Shown one piece after another: positions 1-10,136 of a stretch of DNA of 64,000 bases. The notes below the pieces were generated by a model. The model saw only the letters and a list, made by a program, of their open reading frames with translations. It was not told the origin of the DNA and did not search any database. Position numbers and translations under genes: made by a program. Positions within the stretch are counted from its first letter, which is position 1. Every line of letters begins with the position of its first letter. This stretch comes from Thermodesulfobacteriota bacterium (GTDB lineage: Bacteria; Desulfobacterota_D; UBA1144; Nemesobacterales; JAJCZQ01): contig OZ244044.1 of the NCBI GenBank assembly GCA_965215275.1, positions 640,001-704,000 of the forward strand. Reading direction: 5' to 3'.

Positions 1-1107
1 ATAGCCCATATATCAGATAATTTTTATGAAATAAAAGATTACTTAAATGAGGATGGTATAAAAGGTCTAAAGTTATATAAAAAGGGAACGATTTTAATGC
101 CTAAAAATGGACTTTTAAATCATCGAGTTCTATTAAGTATAAATAGTTATGTCTCAAGTCATCTAGCAATAGTATGCTCATACCCAAAAAAGTTTAATAC
201 AAAATTTTTATTTTATTTTCTATTAGGAATAGACTCTAAAAATCTTACAAGTACTCAAGATTATCCATCACTAAAATTAGAAGAAATAAAAAAAGTTAAA
301 ATCCCCCACCCTCCTCTTTCTGAACAAAAGAAAATTGCAGCAGTACTTAATAAAATTAAACGAAATATCAAAATTAAAGACGAACTTATTAAAAAAACTC
401 AGGAACTCAAAAGATCCACAATGAAATATCTTTTTACTTATGGAACAAAAGTAGAAAAAACCATACAAACAGAGATTGGAAAGATTCCTGAAAGCTGGGA
501 TGTTAAAAGCTTTTCAGAGTTGTGTAGCTTTTCAACAGGGAAAAACCCGGCAAGAAATATGGAAATATATTGGGATAATGGAACTTTTCGATGGCTTACT
601 ATATCTGATATGAAGCAAGGACAAACCATTTCAAAAACAAAGGAAAAAGTATCACAACAAGCTATAGTAGAATGCTTTAAGGGAAAATATGTAAAAAAAG
701 GAACTTTATTGATGAGTTTAAAACCAACTATAGGTAGAACTTGTTTTGCAGGATGTGACCTTGTGCATAACGAAGATATAATTTCTATCAATCCCAAAAA
801 AGAATTGAATAAAACTTTTATCAGCTATTATTTGCCTATATTAGATTATAAACAATATGAAGACCGTCAGATAAAGGGACACACTTTGAATAAGGCAAAA
901 ATAAGTAAAATCCAAATCCCCCTACCCTCTCTTCCTGAACAAAAGAAAATTGCCTCAATCCTTTCAAAACTAGATGAAAGAATTAAAAACTATGAAGAAC
1001 AAAAAACAAATATTCAGACTCTTTTTAAGTCCATGCTCAGCAAACTTACAACAGGGCAAATTCGAGTCCATAATTTAGACATTGATACCTCGGAGGTTGA
1101 GCAATGA
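1..1107 (+). CDS. hsdS: Type I restriction-modification specificity subunit (5' end lies outside the window; frame open from base 1)
   Basis: Two TRD/conserved-repeat halves (IPHPPLSEQKKIA and IPLPSLPEQKKIA), central 'QTEIGKIPESW', C-terminal 'SMLSKLTTGQIRV'. Frame 1 is open upstream of the ORF-track ATG at 97. Confidence 0.92.
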   Translation: MAHISDNFYEIKDYLNEDGIKGLKLYKKGTILMPKNGLLNHRVLLSINSYVSSHLAIVCSYPKKFNTKFLFYFLLGIDSKNLTSTQDYPSLKLEEIKKVKIPHPPLSEQKKIAAVLNKIKRNIKIKDELIKKTQELKRSTMKYLFTYGTKVEKTIQTEIGKIPESWDVKSFSELCSFSTGKNPARNMEIYWDNGTFRWLTISDMKQGQTISKTKEKVSQQAIVECFKGKYVKKGTLLMSLKPTIGRTCFAGCDLVHNEDIISINPKKELNKTFISYYLPILDYKQYEDRQIKGHTLNKAKISKIQIPLPSLPEQKKIASILSKLDERIKNYEEQKTNIQTLFKSMLSKLTTGQIRVHNLDIDTSEVEQ

Positions 1108-1350
1108 AAAAAATGACCAAACAAATTTATTCAGTAGTCAAATTACTATATATACCTAAAGGACAAAAAAGGGAATTCAGGTTAAATTAGATAAAGAGAC
1201 GATCTGGCTATCACTAAATCAGATGGTTCTAAAAAATTTTACGATAATGCTTTAATCTCTCTAACTCTCCTTATAGCTGAAAGCAACCCTCAAGATAAAG
1301 ACCTTGTCATTAGTCTCATTGCAAATTTAATAAATAAAAGAAATAAATAG
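1104..1350 (+). pseudogene. Internally deleted RhuM/Fic-DOC-type gene remnant
   Basis: Fragments in different frames read GIQVKLDKETIWLSLNQM (RhuM-like N-terminus) and FYDNALISLTLLIAESNPQDKDLVISLIANLINKRNK* (typical C-terminus of RhuM-Fic proteins). The middle is missing. ATG overlaps the hsdS stop. Confidence 0.6.
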
Positions 1351-1613
1351 TGAATAGACTTACAAAGAAAAGAAAATCCGTTCAGAATCTTTTTTGAAAT
1401 ATAATTAAAAAGCTGGGTGGAAATATATTCCCCGAGAAAAAGCTCTTTCTTATTGATGTATGAAGTAAGACAAGTTTTTTATGACATTTTAGAAAGAAAT
1501 CTTATAAGACTTAATGAAAGTTTTTTTAAGTAAAGAAAAGGTTCAAGAAATTATTAAAAAATAAAAACTGTTTCTGATTCTCTTGAGGGAAATAAACAAA
1601 TTTCAACCTCTAT
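1350..1613 (+). pseudogene. hsdR: Frameshifted N-terminal remnant of type I restriction subunit HsdR
   Basis: Broken frames read KAGWKYIPREKALS, FYDILERNLIRLNESF and IKTVSDSLEGNKQI, resembling HsdR N-termini. Lies downstream of hsdS and ends where the S8 paralog-1 upstream block starts. Confidence 0.6.
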
Positions 1614-1682
1614 TTAAGAGAATACTCCTTCCATCCCGAAGATCATTATCATTGCAAGAAAGGAAAGAGAAAGACGTTACAC

Positions 1683-1712
1683 TTGACATTCGTTCATAAT
1701 ACCTGTTAAAGT
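1683..1712 (+). promoter_or_regulatory. Sigma70-like promoter of S8 paralog 1
   Basis: TTGACA (1683-1688), 18 nt, then TAAAGT (1707-1712) preceded by TG. The same arrangement is conserved before paralogs 2, 4 and 5. Confidence 0.65.
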
Positions 1713-1721
1713 AAAAGAGTT

Positions 1722-4700
1722 ATGAAACATTTCAAAACAAAAACACGTAATTCCATTACTCCCCCCCCCCCCGTGTATACATGACCTTTCAGTCTGGTAT
1801 AAGTATTTTTTAAGAACAATGTTTAAGATAATACCCCCCCCCATCTAAGTCATTACTAACATTAGTCTTATTTCTTCTGTGTATCATGGTCATAGCTGCA
1901 AAAGGACAGAGCAGTCTGGAAGAAACATTATCTGAATGCAGAGGTAACAGTGCAGAAACGGAAGATCCGTTATACGGATGTCAGTGGCATCTGAAGAACA
2001 CGGGGCAGTTTATTTATTCAGGAAAGGAAATAACAGCAGGAGAAGATATAAACATAGAGGGGGTGTGGAACGAAGACGTATACGGTACCGGAATTAACGT
2101 AGCAATAGTAAGTGACGGTATCGACCTTTCACATGAGGACCTTTCTGCAAACGTCCGTTCCGGACCGAACTATGATCTTTCTGGAAGAAACAGTTCTGAA
2201 GAGAACAGTTCTGAAAAAGATAATTCAGAAAGAGATGATCATTCTGACGGTTCATCCTTTACCGGAACACGAGCGGCAGGTGTTATTGCAGCGGCTGGAT
2301 ATAACGGACTGGGAGTAAGAGGAACAGCACCTGGTGCGAGTATATACAGTTACAGGTTATCCGATGATCTCAGGGAAGCGGACGCGGTGGTCCGTAATAA
2401 GGAAATAACCGCTGTATCGGTTAACGGCCTGGGATCTGAGGACGGAGCTTTTTTTCAGGAGGCTTCAACTTCCTGGGAAGAAGGAGTGGAACTTGGTATA
2501 AGTAAAGGGTTTTATGGTAAAGGTGTGTTTTACGTCCGGGGAGCAGGGGACGGGCATGAGAATAACGATCAGGCTAATTTTTCTGAATATTCTAATTACT
2601 ACGGGGTAACATCTGTGTGTTCAACAGACGGTTTTGGAAAAAAGAGTATTTTTTCAGAAGAGGGAGTAAATCTATGGGTATGTGCACCTGGTTCTGATAT
2701 TGTAACCACAGATAACAACAACGATTACGTTGTAACATCCGGAACATTTCTATCAGCTTCACAGGTTGGAGGAGTGGCAGCACTGCTGAGAGAGGTAAAT
2801 GGACAGCTGAGCTGGAGGGATATAAAGCTTATACTTGCGGGTTCAGCACGTCAGAACGATTTTTCTGATATGAGCTGGGAGACTGGAACTGTTAAATACG
2901 GCTCTGATACGGAAAGATATAATTATAATCCTAAGTATGGTTTTGGAGTGGTAGACGCAGAAGCGGCGGCAGAACTTGCAAAAAGCTGGAAAGGCGTTGG
3001 AGAAATGAGGACCGTTACCGCCTTTTCAGATAAAGAGATAACAATTCCTGATGGAGAAGGAAATGGAGAAGGAGAAGCAGACGGGGTACTTGTCTCCAGA
3101 CTTATAATACCGGACCTGGAGGAAATATTTACGGAATTCGTTGAGGTAGAACTTGTTTTTTCTCATGACCGCTTACAGGACCTTGATATAAAAATAACCT
3201 CTCCTTCCGGAACAGTATCTGAACTTGTAAGGGAGTTTTCAGGGGAGGAAGAAGACGCTGAGATCAGTTACCTGAGAAGAACACATCGTTTCGGGTCGGC
3301 AAAGCACCTCGGAGAAGACCCTTCCGGAGAATGGGTCCTTAAGATATCCGATACTGCTTCCGGAGATGAAGAAGATGGAGAAAATACTGTTACCTTACAC
3401 TCATGGAGCATTAAGGTATACGGGAATTTTTATCAGGGACCTGGCAGTGAGATAAGTGCTAAACATCATGATCTTAGTTTTGGTGGTGCAACGGTAGATG
3501 AGCAGGTGTATGTTGTACGCTCAATAGCAGGTCTTCCAGTAACTCTGCCTGAAGCAACGAGAGGTACTGCTCCATATACTTACAGTTTAACTCCTCGTTT
3601 ACCTTCTGGATTGAACTTTAACAGTAACGATCGGCAAATAAATGGATTACCTACCAGTGTAAAAAGTAAAACTGAGTATACATATAAAGTAACGGACAAT
3701 GATGGAGATATGGATAATCTGACGTTCGGAATTACTGTAGAAGCTAATACCGTACCAAGCTTTACTAGCGGTGAGATGATAGATAATCTGGTGTATACAG
3801 TTGGGGTTCAAATAACACCAGTAACTCTGCCAGAGGCAACGGGAGGGAATGGAGCATTAAGATATTTACTTTCTCTTTTACCTCTTGGATTGAATTTTGA
3901 TCCTGACACCCGAGTAATAAGTGGCACACCCACCCGTGCATCTATTAGGCATATGCTATATACAGTATTAGACATAGATGGAAGTAGTGCTCAATTAGAG
4001 TTCAGGATAAGAATAACAGTAGCAGAACCAAACACGGAACCAACCTTCGGCAGTGAAACGATAGATAATAAAGTGTATATAAACGGCATTACAGCAGTAA
4101 ATGAAACACTGCCAGAAGCAACGTCAGGGAATGCTCCATTAACTTACAGTTTAACTCCTGCCTTACCTGCCGGATTGGATTTTACCCCTGCTACACAAGT
4201 TATAAGCGGAACACCGACTACTGCAACGTCTGAGACTGATTACACGTATACAGTAACGGACGCAGATAATGATACAGATGAACTGGAGTTCAGTATTACA
4301 GTGGAAGAAGACAGCATGCCGGAGATAGACGGGAGTACAATACCAGCACAGATGGAGTACAGGGCAGGGGGAGCACCATTAAGGTTTCCTGAGGCAACGG
4401 GAGGTAATGCACCTGTTACTTACAGTATAACACCTGAACTGCCAGCTGGATTGAGATTTAACGAAGTAACGCGGGAAATAAGTGGGACACCCAGGAGTGC
4501 ATTAACTGGTACTTACATGTATACGGTAACGGACAGGAATGGAGATACGGACGAGGTGAGTTTCATGCTCAGTGTAATACCAGGAACGTCAGGTACTGAT
4601 GCAGGCGGAGGTGGAGGATGTGCGATCTCTGATCAGAGCAGCGTTGTCTCTGACCTGCTCGGAGCAGTGGTATGTCTGATGCTTATACCTGTGTCAGTAA

Positions 4701-4738
4701 TGATCAGAAGGAAGAGAAGAGCTCAGATAAAGACTTAG
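1722..4738 (+). CDS. S8 paralog 1: kexin-like S8 pseudo-peptidase + P-domain + 4 putative Ig repeats + GGGGC-CTERM anchor; currently frameshifted at poly-C tracts (main ORF 1886-4738)
   Basis: S8 motifs QWHL, SWRDIKLILA and YGFGVVDA; P-domain DLDIKITSPSGT and GEWVLKISD; repeats LPEATGGNAPLTYSLTP..LPxGL.F...ISGTPT; C-terminal GGGGGCAIS-TM-RRKRR. The triad positions read VSDG, TGT and GTF. Confidence 0.88.
1761..1772 (+). repeat. Poly-C tract (C12), first tract in the paralog-1 leader
   Basis: Read directly; lies 39 nt after ATG 1722. Confidence 0.9.
1834..1842 (+). repeat. Poly-C tract (C9), second tract in the paralog-1 signal-peptide region
   Basis: Read directly; immediately precedes the in-frame hydrophobic stretch SKSLLTLVLFLLCIMVIAAKG. 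Confidence 0.9.
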
Positions 4739-4958
4739 TAATAAGGTCCTTTCCAAAACACTGAATGAATTAAAATCTCTCAGCCAGAAGAAAGGAATAA
4801 TAGTGGAAAGACTAAATATAGATTTATCGGCAGATGGGTACCTTGATGTATTGATGCTTGTTTTTTAATCTCGGACCAAAATATATAATGTCATAAAATA
4901 AAATTACCTCTTAAGTACCCGTCTTTAGTAAACATACTTGGCAGCTGCGAGACCAGCA

Positions 4959-6161
4959 TCAATTATTCTCAAACTTGATCTTCTTATCCTTTAAGGCTTT
5001 AACAGCACCGTTAATCCCTGAAAGGGTCATAGGAAACATCCTGTCCTCAAAAAACTCTCTCAACATCCCTATGCTCTCGGTCCATTTCCAATCCTCTAGG
5101 GGAACGGGGTTCAACCACACCGTATAAGGAAAATGTTCCTTGATCCTCTGCATCCATTGAAAACCAGGTTCCTCGTTGTGATGCTCAACGCTGCCGTTCG
5201 GATACATAAGCTCCCATGGCGACATTGAAGCATCCCCAACTACAATACATTTATAATCACCGTTGTATTTGTGAAGCACTTCAAACGTAGGTATCTGCTC
5301 CTGCCAGCGCCTTGCGTTATTTTTCCACAACCTTTCGTAAACGCAGTTATGAAAATAGTAAAATTCCAAGTGTTTAAACTCATATCTGGCAGCGGAAAAC
5401 ATCCTTGAGCAGAGTTCCACGTGATCGTCCATTGAACCACCTATATCAAAAAGCATTATCACTTTTACGTTGTTCTTTTTCTCCGGAACCATCTCAAGTT
5501 CAAGAAAACCTGCATTCTTAGAGGTCTTTTCAATTGTTCCTTCCAGATCGACCTCTTCCTTCTGTCCCTCTCGGGTCAGAACGCGAAGGCGGCGAAGTGC
5601 CATTTTCATATTCCTTGTTTGAAGTTCAACTGAATCATCAAGGTCTCTGAACTCCCTTTTATCCCAGACCTTTACAGCTCTCCTGTGCCTGCTTTCATTC
5701 TGCCCTATCCTTATCCCAGCTGGATTATACCCATAAGCACCGAACGGAGAAGTTCCACCCGTGCCAAGCCATCTGTCCCCACCCTGGTGTCTGCCTTTCT
5801 GTTTTTCCATGATCTCTCTCAAACGTTCCATAAGTTCGTCCAAGTTGCCCATTGATTTGATAAGTTCTTTCTCTTCATCGCTCAGCATATTTTCAAAATT
5901 TTTCCGCAACCAGTCTTCGGGGATTTTCATGAACTCCTCGTTACTTATAAGTTCGACCCCTTTGAAGTAATGCCCGAATAACTGGTCAAATCTGTCAATG
6001 TGCTGCTCGTGTTTGATCAACGCCGACCGACTGAGATAGTAAAAATCATCCACGCTGTGATCCACAACATTTTTATCAAGAGCCTCAAGAAGGGTTAAGT
6101 ACTCTTTGATCGTGACGGGTATTCCGTCGTTTTTTAGTAGCAGGAATAAATCTAAGAACAC
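4959..6161 (-). CDS. VWA-domain protein (CoxE-like partner of MoxR ATPase)
   Basis: MIDAS 'LFDIGGSMDDH', 'GTGGTSPFGAYGYNP', 'VGDASMSPWE'; same strand and cluster as the MoxR gene. Confidence 0.88.
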   Translation of the reverse strand: MFLDLFLLLKNDGIPVTIKEYLTLLEALDKNVVDHSVDDFYYLSRSALIKHEQHIDRFDQLFGHYFKGVELISNEEFMKIPEDWLRKNFENMLSDEEKELIKSMGNLDELMERLREIMEKQKGRHQGGDRWLGTGGTSPFGAYGYNPAGIRIGQNESRHRRAVKVWDKREFRDLDDSVELQTRNMKMALRRLRVLTREGQKEEVDLEGTIEKTSKNAGFLELEMVPEKKNNVKVIMLFDIGGSMDDHVELCSRMFSAARYEFKHLEFYYFHNCVYERLWKNNARRWQEQIPTFEVLHKYNGDYKCIVVGDASMSPWELMYPNGSVEHHNEEPGFQWMQRIKEHFPYTVWLNPVPLEDWKWTESIGMLREFFEDRMFPMTLSGINGAVKALKDKKIKFENN

Positions 6162-7576
6162 TGTCTATACTCAAAATCAATTTGCAAAGTCTTCTTGATA
6201 AAATTAATAAATGTCTTCTCTTCTTCATCCGGGGCATATTTTCCTGCTATTACTATTTTCTTTTTTCTTGTGTCGTCTTCAAAGCTATAAATATAAGAAA
6301 GAAGCTGACCTAACCCTTCTTTTATACAACGTATTGGTCTGCCAAGTTTTACTTCGTAAAGTGTAACTTGCTTGTCATTTTCTACCTTAATATCAATATA
6401 GTTCGCTTCCATCTCCACCGTGTCTGTTTCACCTTTACTGTTATATAACTTCTCATATATCTTGTTCTGCAGTTTATTATGTTCTTGCTTTACTACGATA
6501 TCCTCGCCGCCTTTCCTTAATTGGTCTTGAACAGATTTAGATTGTAATTGAACTCTTGTTTGTCTTTTCACACCTTTTGTATACTTATCTGCTTGTACGG
6601 CAGGCCAATCATCACTTCTTTCCTCAAGATGTTTTTTAATAGTCAACTCATCATCAAAATCATTTATCGTTCTTTCCTTTGTTTTATCTTTCTCTTTTGT
6701 TGCTTCAGTTCGTGAAGGCTTTGTTGCTTGATAACTACTACCTTGTCCGGCAGCTTCAACTTCAGCCATTGTTACCAAACCGCCAAAGCGGGATTCCACA
6801 TACTTAACACCGAATTTACCGGAACCTGCAAGATCAGTAGCACACCGAATGCCCCACTCGTTTTTGTGATGACCTACGGGTCGTGTTGACCTTCGTATTT
6901 CACGGTTAAGCATAAATTCACTTATACTATGCCCGTTTTTTTCAAGAAGCTCGCGACCAATAGACTTTAACTCGTCAAGGGTGTTATCACTACTTTTAAG
7001 TAGTGGTGATAAATATTTTCTTAACAAAACATACTTGTTGAGATATCGGTCTGCTTCTTCTAATTCCTCCGGTATTAATATTTCTTTATCAGCCTGTTCT
7101 TGGACTGTTTTTTTCTTATTTTTTGGAATAGACCTCACATTGTCTTTAGTTTTTACATTAGTATTTTTTTGCAGTGCACGTTCGCTGAGAATTTTATATT
7201 TGTCAATGCCTCCGTTAGCTTTAGCTGCGGATTCCAATGTATGAAATTCCACTCCGTATTTTGCTTTATAATTCGCACAGCTAAAAGTGCCGTCTGCTTC
7301 GGAATAAAGAGCATTTACTCCCAAGATGTTTTTAGGATGATCCAAGGGACGAGTTGCTCTACTTATTGTTCTATAAACCGGATTTTCAAAATCCGTCGGT
7401 GGCTTAGAACCATAGCTAATGCCTCTTTCATCAAGAAATTTACACGCCTTCACGCTTATATCAGATTTTGTATGACCGCCTTCAACCAGCATTTTAGTAA
7501 TCAGTGGAATTAAACAGTTATATTTCCCCCACCCATAACCGTGCTGATTACTTACTTGTTTTGATACTTTATCCAT
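6152..7576 (-). CDS. Uncharacterised protein with duplicated N-terminal module and C-terminal PD-(D/E)XK-like nuclease domain
   Basis: C-terminal HNKLQ..E..YIDI..YEVK..EGLGQLLSY pattern; internal repeat RATRPLDHPKNILG / RSTRPVGHHKNEWG. Confidence 0.6.
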   Translation of the reverse strand: MDKVSKQVSNQHGYGWGKYNCLIPLITKMLVEGGHTKSDISVKACKFLDERGISYGSKPPTDFENPVYRTISRATRPLDHPKNILGVNALYSEADGTFSCANYKAKYGVEFHTLESAAKANGGIDKYKILSERALQKNTNVKTKDNVRSIPKNKKKTVQEQADKEILIPEELEEADRYLNKYVLLRKYLSPLLKSSDNTLDELKSIGRELLEKNGHSISEFMLNREIRRSTRPVGHHKNEWGIRCATDLAGSGKFGVKYVESRFGGLVTMAEVEAAGQGSSYQATKPSRTEATKEKDKTKERTINDFDDELTIKKHLEERSDDWPAVQADKYTKGVKRQTRVQLQSKSVQDQLRKGGEDIVVKQEHNKLQNKIYEKLYNSKGETDTVEMEANYIDIKVENDKQVTLYEVKLGRPIRCIKEGLGQLLSYIYSFEDDTRKKKIVIAGKYAPDEEEKTFINFIKKTLQIDFEYRQCS

Positions 7577-7686
7577 AGTTTATGCACCTATTGTTTGTAT
7601 TTTTGCCATAAAGACAGTGTATTGCAGTTACTGCAAGTCTCGGTTTAATCCACCGAACTTGATTATCATAATAAATTGTTTTCTCG

Positions 7687-8001
7687 TCACTTTTTAACAC
7701 TTCTATAATAAAACACCTTACCAACATTCTCTATATGCTCTAAAAGAGGCTTATACTGAATTGATTCACACCCTATAACGTCAAACTTATAAGGAAGCGG
7801 TAACTCATCAAGGGCAGTTCTAACTCTTTCTATTTCCAGACTATCTTTAATTCCATACACTGCAAAATCAATGTCGGAATTGTGCTTGAATTTACCATTC
7901 GCACGTGAACCAAAAATAACTACTTTTTCAATGCGGTCGTCGGACAAAAAAACTCCGCTAATAAGGTCTTGCTCCCTTTCGTTAAGTCCGGTATTAATCA
8001 T
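7687..8001 (-). CDS. Minimal nucleotidyltransferase (MNT) antitoxin
   Basis: FGSRANGKFKHNSDIDFAV matches GSx10DxD; overlaps the upstream HEPN gene. Confidence 0.9.
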   Translation of the reverse strand: MINTGLNEREQDLISGVFLSDDRIEKVVIFGSRANGKFKHNSDIDFAVYGIKDSLEIERVRTALDELPLPYKFDVIGCESIQYKPLLEHIENVGKVFYYRSVKK

Positions 8002-8422
8002 TTTTTTTCATCTCGGATAATAGTGTTTCATGTAGGTAAATAAATGCATCCATATAATATTCTTCAACTGCCGTAAGTACCTCTTGGAATTTGCTAAAAT
8101 CGTAATCATGAGAAAGTATATTGCGATGGTCCATCATATCAATCCACACTTGCCCGTCATCTATAAGTCCACTATTATATGCCTCTTTTATAACGTTTCT
8201 GGGAGTTGAAGGTTTGAAAACTATTCCTCCATATTCAAGGTAAGCTTTGATCGTTTTCCATGAGAGCTCATAAGTGTACTTAAAGCGCTGTATAATCCCC
8301 TCCTGCTCCAAGTCCGAATACTCACTAATCTTCTTTGCTCTAATAGCAGTATGAAGAAGCGTAAAAGCCTTATCAAATTTATCAAATTGCTGTCTAAACC
8401 TTACCCCTTTGCCATTGTCCAT
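7994..8422 (-). CDS. HEPN (HI0074-like nucleotidyltransferase substrate-binding) toxin
   Basis: 'EQEGIIQRF..YELSWK', 'PRNVIKEA', intact RX4H motif 'RNILSHDY'. Confidence 0.88.
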   Translation of the reverse strand: MDNGKGVRFRQQFDKFDKAFTLLHTAIRAKKISEYSDLEQEGIIQRFKYTYELSWKTIKAYLEYGGIVFKPSTPRNVIKEAYNSGLIDDGQVWIDMMDHRNILSHDYDFSKFQEVLTAVEEYYMDAFIYLHETLLSEMKKND

Positions 8423-8426
8423 TCCT

Positions 8427-9260
8427 TCACCCTCTTCTGTACCTCAAAACATTCAACAATTCATGGTCCTGCTCGTTTTTCAGCAGCGAACCTAAATACG
8501 GTGGCATCTTTTCTCTGAAATCAACCTCTTTCAGTTCATCTGCATTGATCTTGCCCACAGTTAATAATTTCAGCCAGTCTATAAGTTCGCTCGTGGAAGG
8601 CTTCTTCTTAAAACCATCAACCTCTCTCAAAGAATAAAAAAGCGTAAGAGCCTGATCAAGCAGTTTCTTTTCAAGATCAGGGTAGTGGACTTTTACTATC
8701 TCAGCCAGCGTTTCCCGTTCTGGAAAAGCAATGTAATGAAAAAAGCATCTCCTTAAAAAAGCGTCGGGCAACTCCTTTTCATTATTTGAAGTGATTATAA
8801 CGGCTGGACGATTTTCTGCTTTTATTGTTTTTCGCAGTTCGTAGCAATAAAACTCCATAGTATCAAGTTCAAGAAGCAGATCATTTGGAAACTCAATGTC
8901 CGCTTTATCAATCTCATCGATCAGCAGAACGCACTGCTCCTCTGACTTAAATGCTTCCCAAAGTTTTCCTTTTTTAATGTAGTTTGATATATCGTTCACC
9001 CTGTCGTCCCCAAGCTGAGAGTCTCGCAGTCTTGCAACGGCATCATACTCGTAAAGTCCCTGCTGCGCAGTTGTTGTTGATTTGACGTGCCAAGTTATTA
9101 TCTTCTTTTTTAAAGCCTTCGCCACTTCGAACGCAAGCATGGTTTTACCGGTTCCCGGCTCGCCTTTTACAAGAAGAGGTCTTTCCAAGGTGATCGAAGC
9201 ATTGACTGCAAGCGTCAGGTCCTTGGTTGATATATAACTGTCCGTTCCTTCAAATTTCAT
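8427..9260 (-). CDS. MoxR-family AAA+ ATPase
   Basis: Walker A GEPGTGKT, Walker B LLIDEIDKAD, 'ELPDAFLRRC'. Confidence 0.93.
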   Translation of the reverse strand: MKFEGTDSYISTKDLTLAVNASITLERPLLVKGEPGTGKTMLAFEVAKALKKKIITWHVKSTTTAQQGLYEYDAVARLRDSQLGDDRVNDISNYIKKGKLWEAFKSEEQCVLLIDEIDKADIEFPNDLLLELDTMEFYCYELRKTIKAENRPAVIITSNNEKELPDAFLRRCFFHYIAFPERETLAEIVKVHYPDLEKKLLDQALTLFYSLREVDGFKKKPSTSELIDWLKLLTVGKINADELKEVDFREKMPPYLGSLLKNEQDHELLNVLRYRRG

Positions 9261-9482
9261 ATAAGCCCCTTTTTTCTATTTTTTGCTTACAAGAGTACTT
9301 CATTTCAAATATTTTCAATTTGCAATTTTCCTGCTCAATTAACCTGATATGTTCTCGTGATTCTTTGTCTCTTTCTTCCAAACCCTGAAAATTATAAAAA
9401 CTTTCCTAGTGGTTGACAAATGACCAGCTCCATTACCAATTCTTACAAGTAGCACACTTGCTCTCTATAAATCGTTTTCTCG

Positions 9483-9806
9483 TCACTTTTTAACACTTCT
9501 ATAATAAAACACCTTACCAACTTTCTCTATATGCTCTAAAAGAGGTTTATACTGAATTGATTCACACCCTATAACGTCAAACTTATAAGGAAGCGGTAAC
9601 TCGTCAAGGGCAGTTCTGACTCTTTCTATCTCCAGACTACCTTTAATTCCATACACTGCAAAATCAATGTCAGAATTGTGCTTGAATTTACCATTCGCAC
9701 GTGAACCGAAAATAACTACTTTTTCAATGCGGTCGTCGGACAAAAAAACTCCGCTAATAAGGTCTTGCACCCTTTTATTAAGTCCGGTATTAATCATTTT
9801 TTTCAT
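9483..9806 (-). CDS. Second, near-identical MNT antitoxin copy without a HEPN partner
   Basis: Protein nearly identical to 7687-8001; DNA 9467-9807 duplicates 7671-8012. Confidence 0.85.
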   Translation of the reverse strand: MKKMINTGLNKRVQDLISGVFLSDDRIEKVVIFGSRANGKFKHNSDIDFAVYGIKGSLEIERVRTALDELPLPYKFDVIGCESIQYKPLLEHIEKVGKVFYYRSVKK

Positions 9807-9807
9807 C

Positions 9808-9932
9808 CCGGTTCCCGACTCCTCCTTTTACAAGAAGAGGGCTTTCCAAGGTGGTCGAAGCATTGACTGCAAGCGTCAGGTCCTTGGTTAATATATAACT
9901 ATCCGTTCCTTCAAATTTCGTATAAGCCCCTT
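9808..9932 (-). pseudogene. Duplicated 5' fragment of the MoxR gene
   Basis: Matches 9148-9271 with scattered substitutions, an indel, and the start codon changed ATG to ACG. Confidence 0.85.
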
Positions 9933-10136
9933 GATAATTTCACACAGAGATATCAAATTTAATCGCCAGTCTTTTTAGATTACACGCTGAGGGGCGGAAA
10001 ATAAAGGGGAGAAACAGTATTGCTGGGACGGGAAATGCGTAAGTGCTTGACTTTCAAATTAGCCAAATTTCAAAGAATATCAGTGATCTATGGAAGTAAA
10101 TGCCCTACCCTAGTGTGAAAGGATTTCTGACTAAGA

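Noticed and set aside
1638..1657. Fur-box-like gaagatcattatcattgc (also near 12334-12352)
   Set aside because: Only one half-site is good (the other is about 4/7), and the two copies derive from the same duplication, so they are not independent support.
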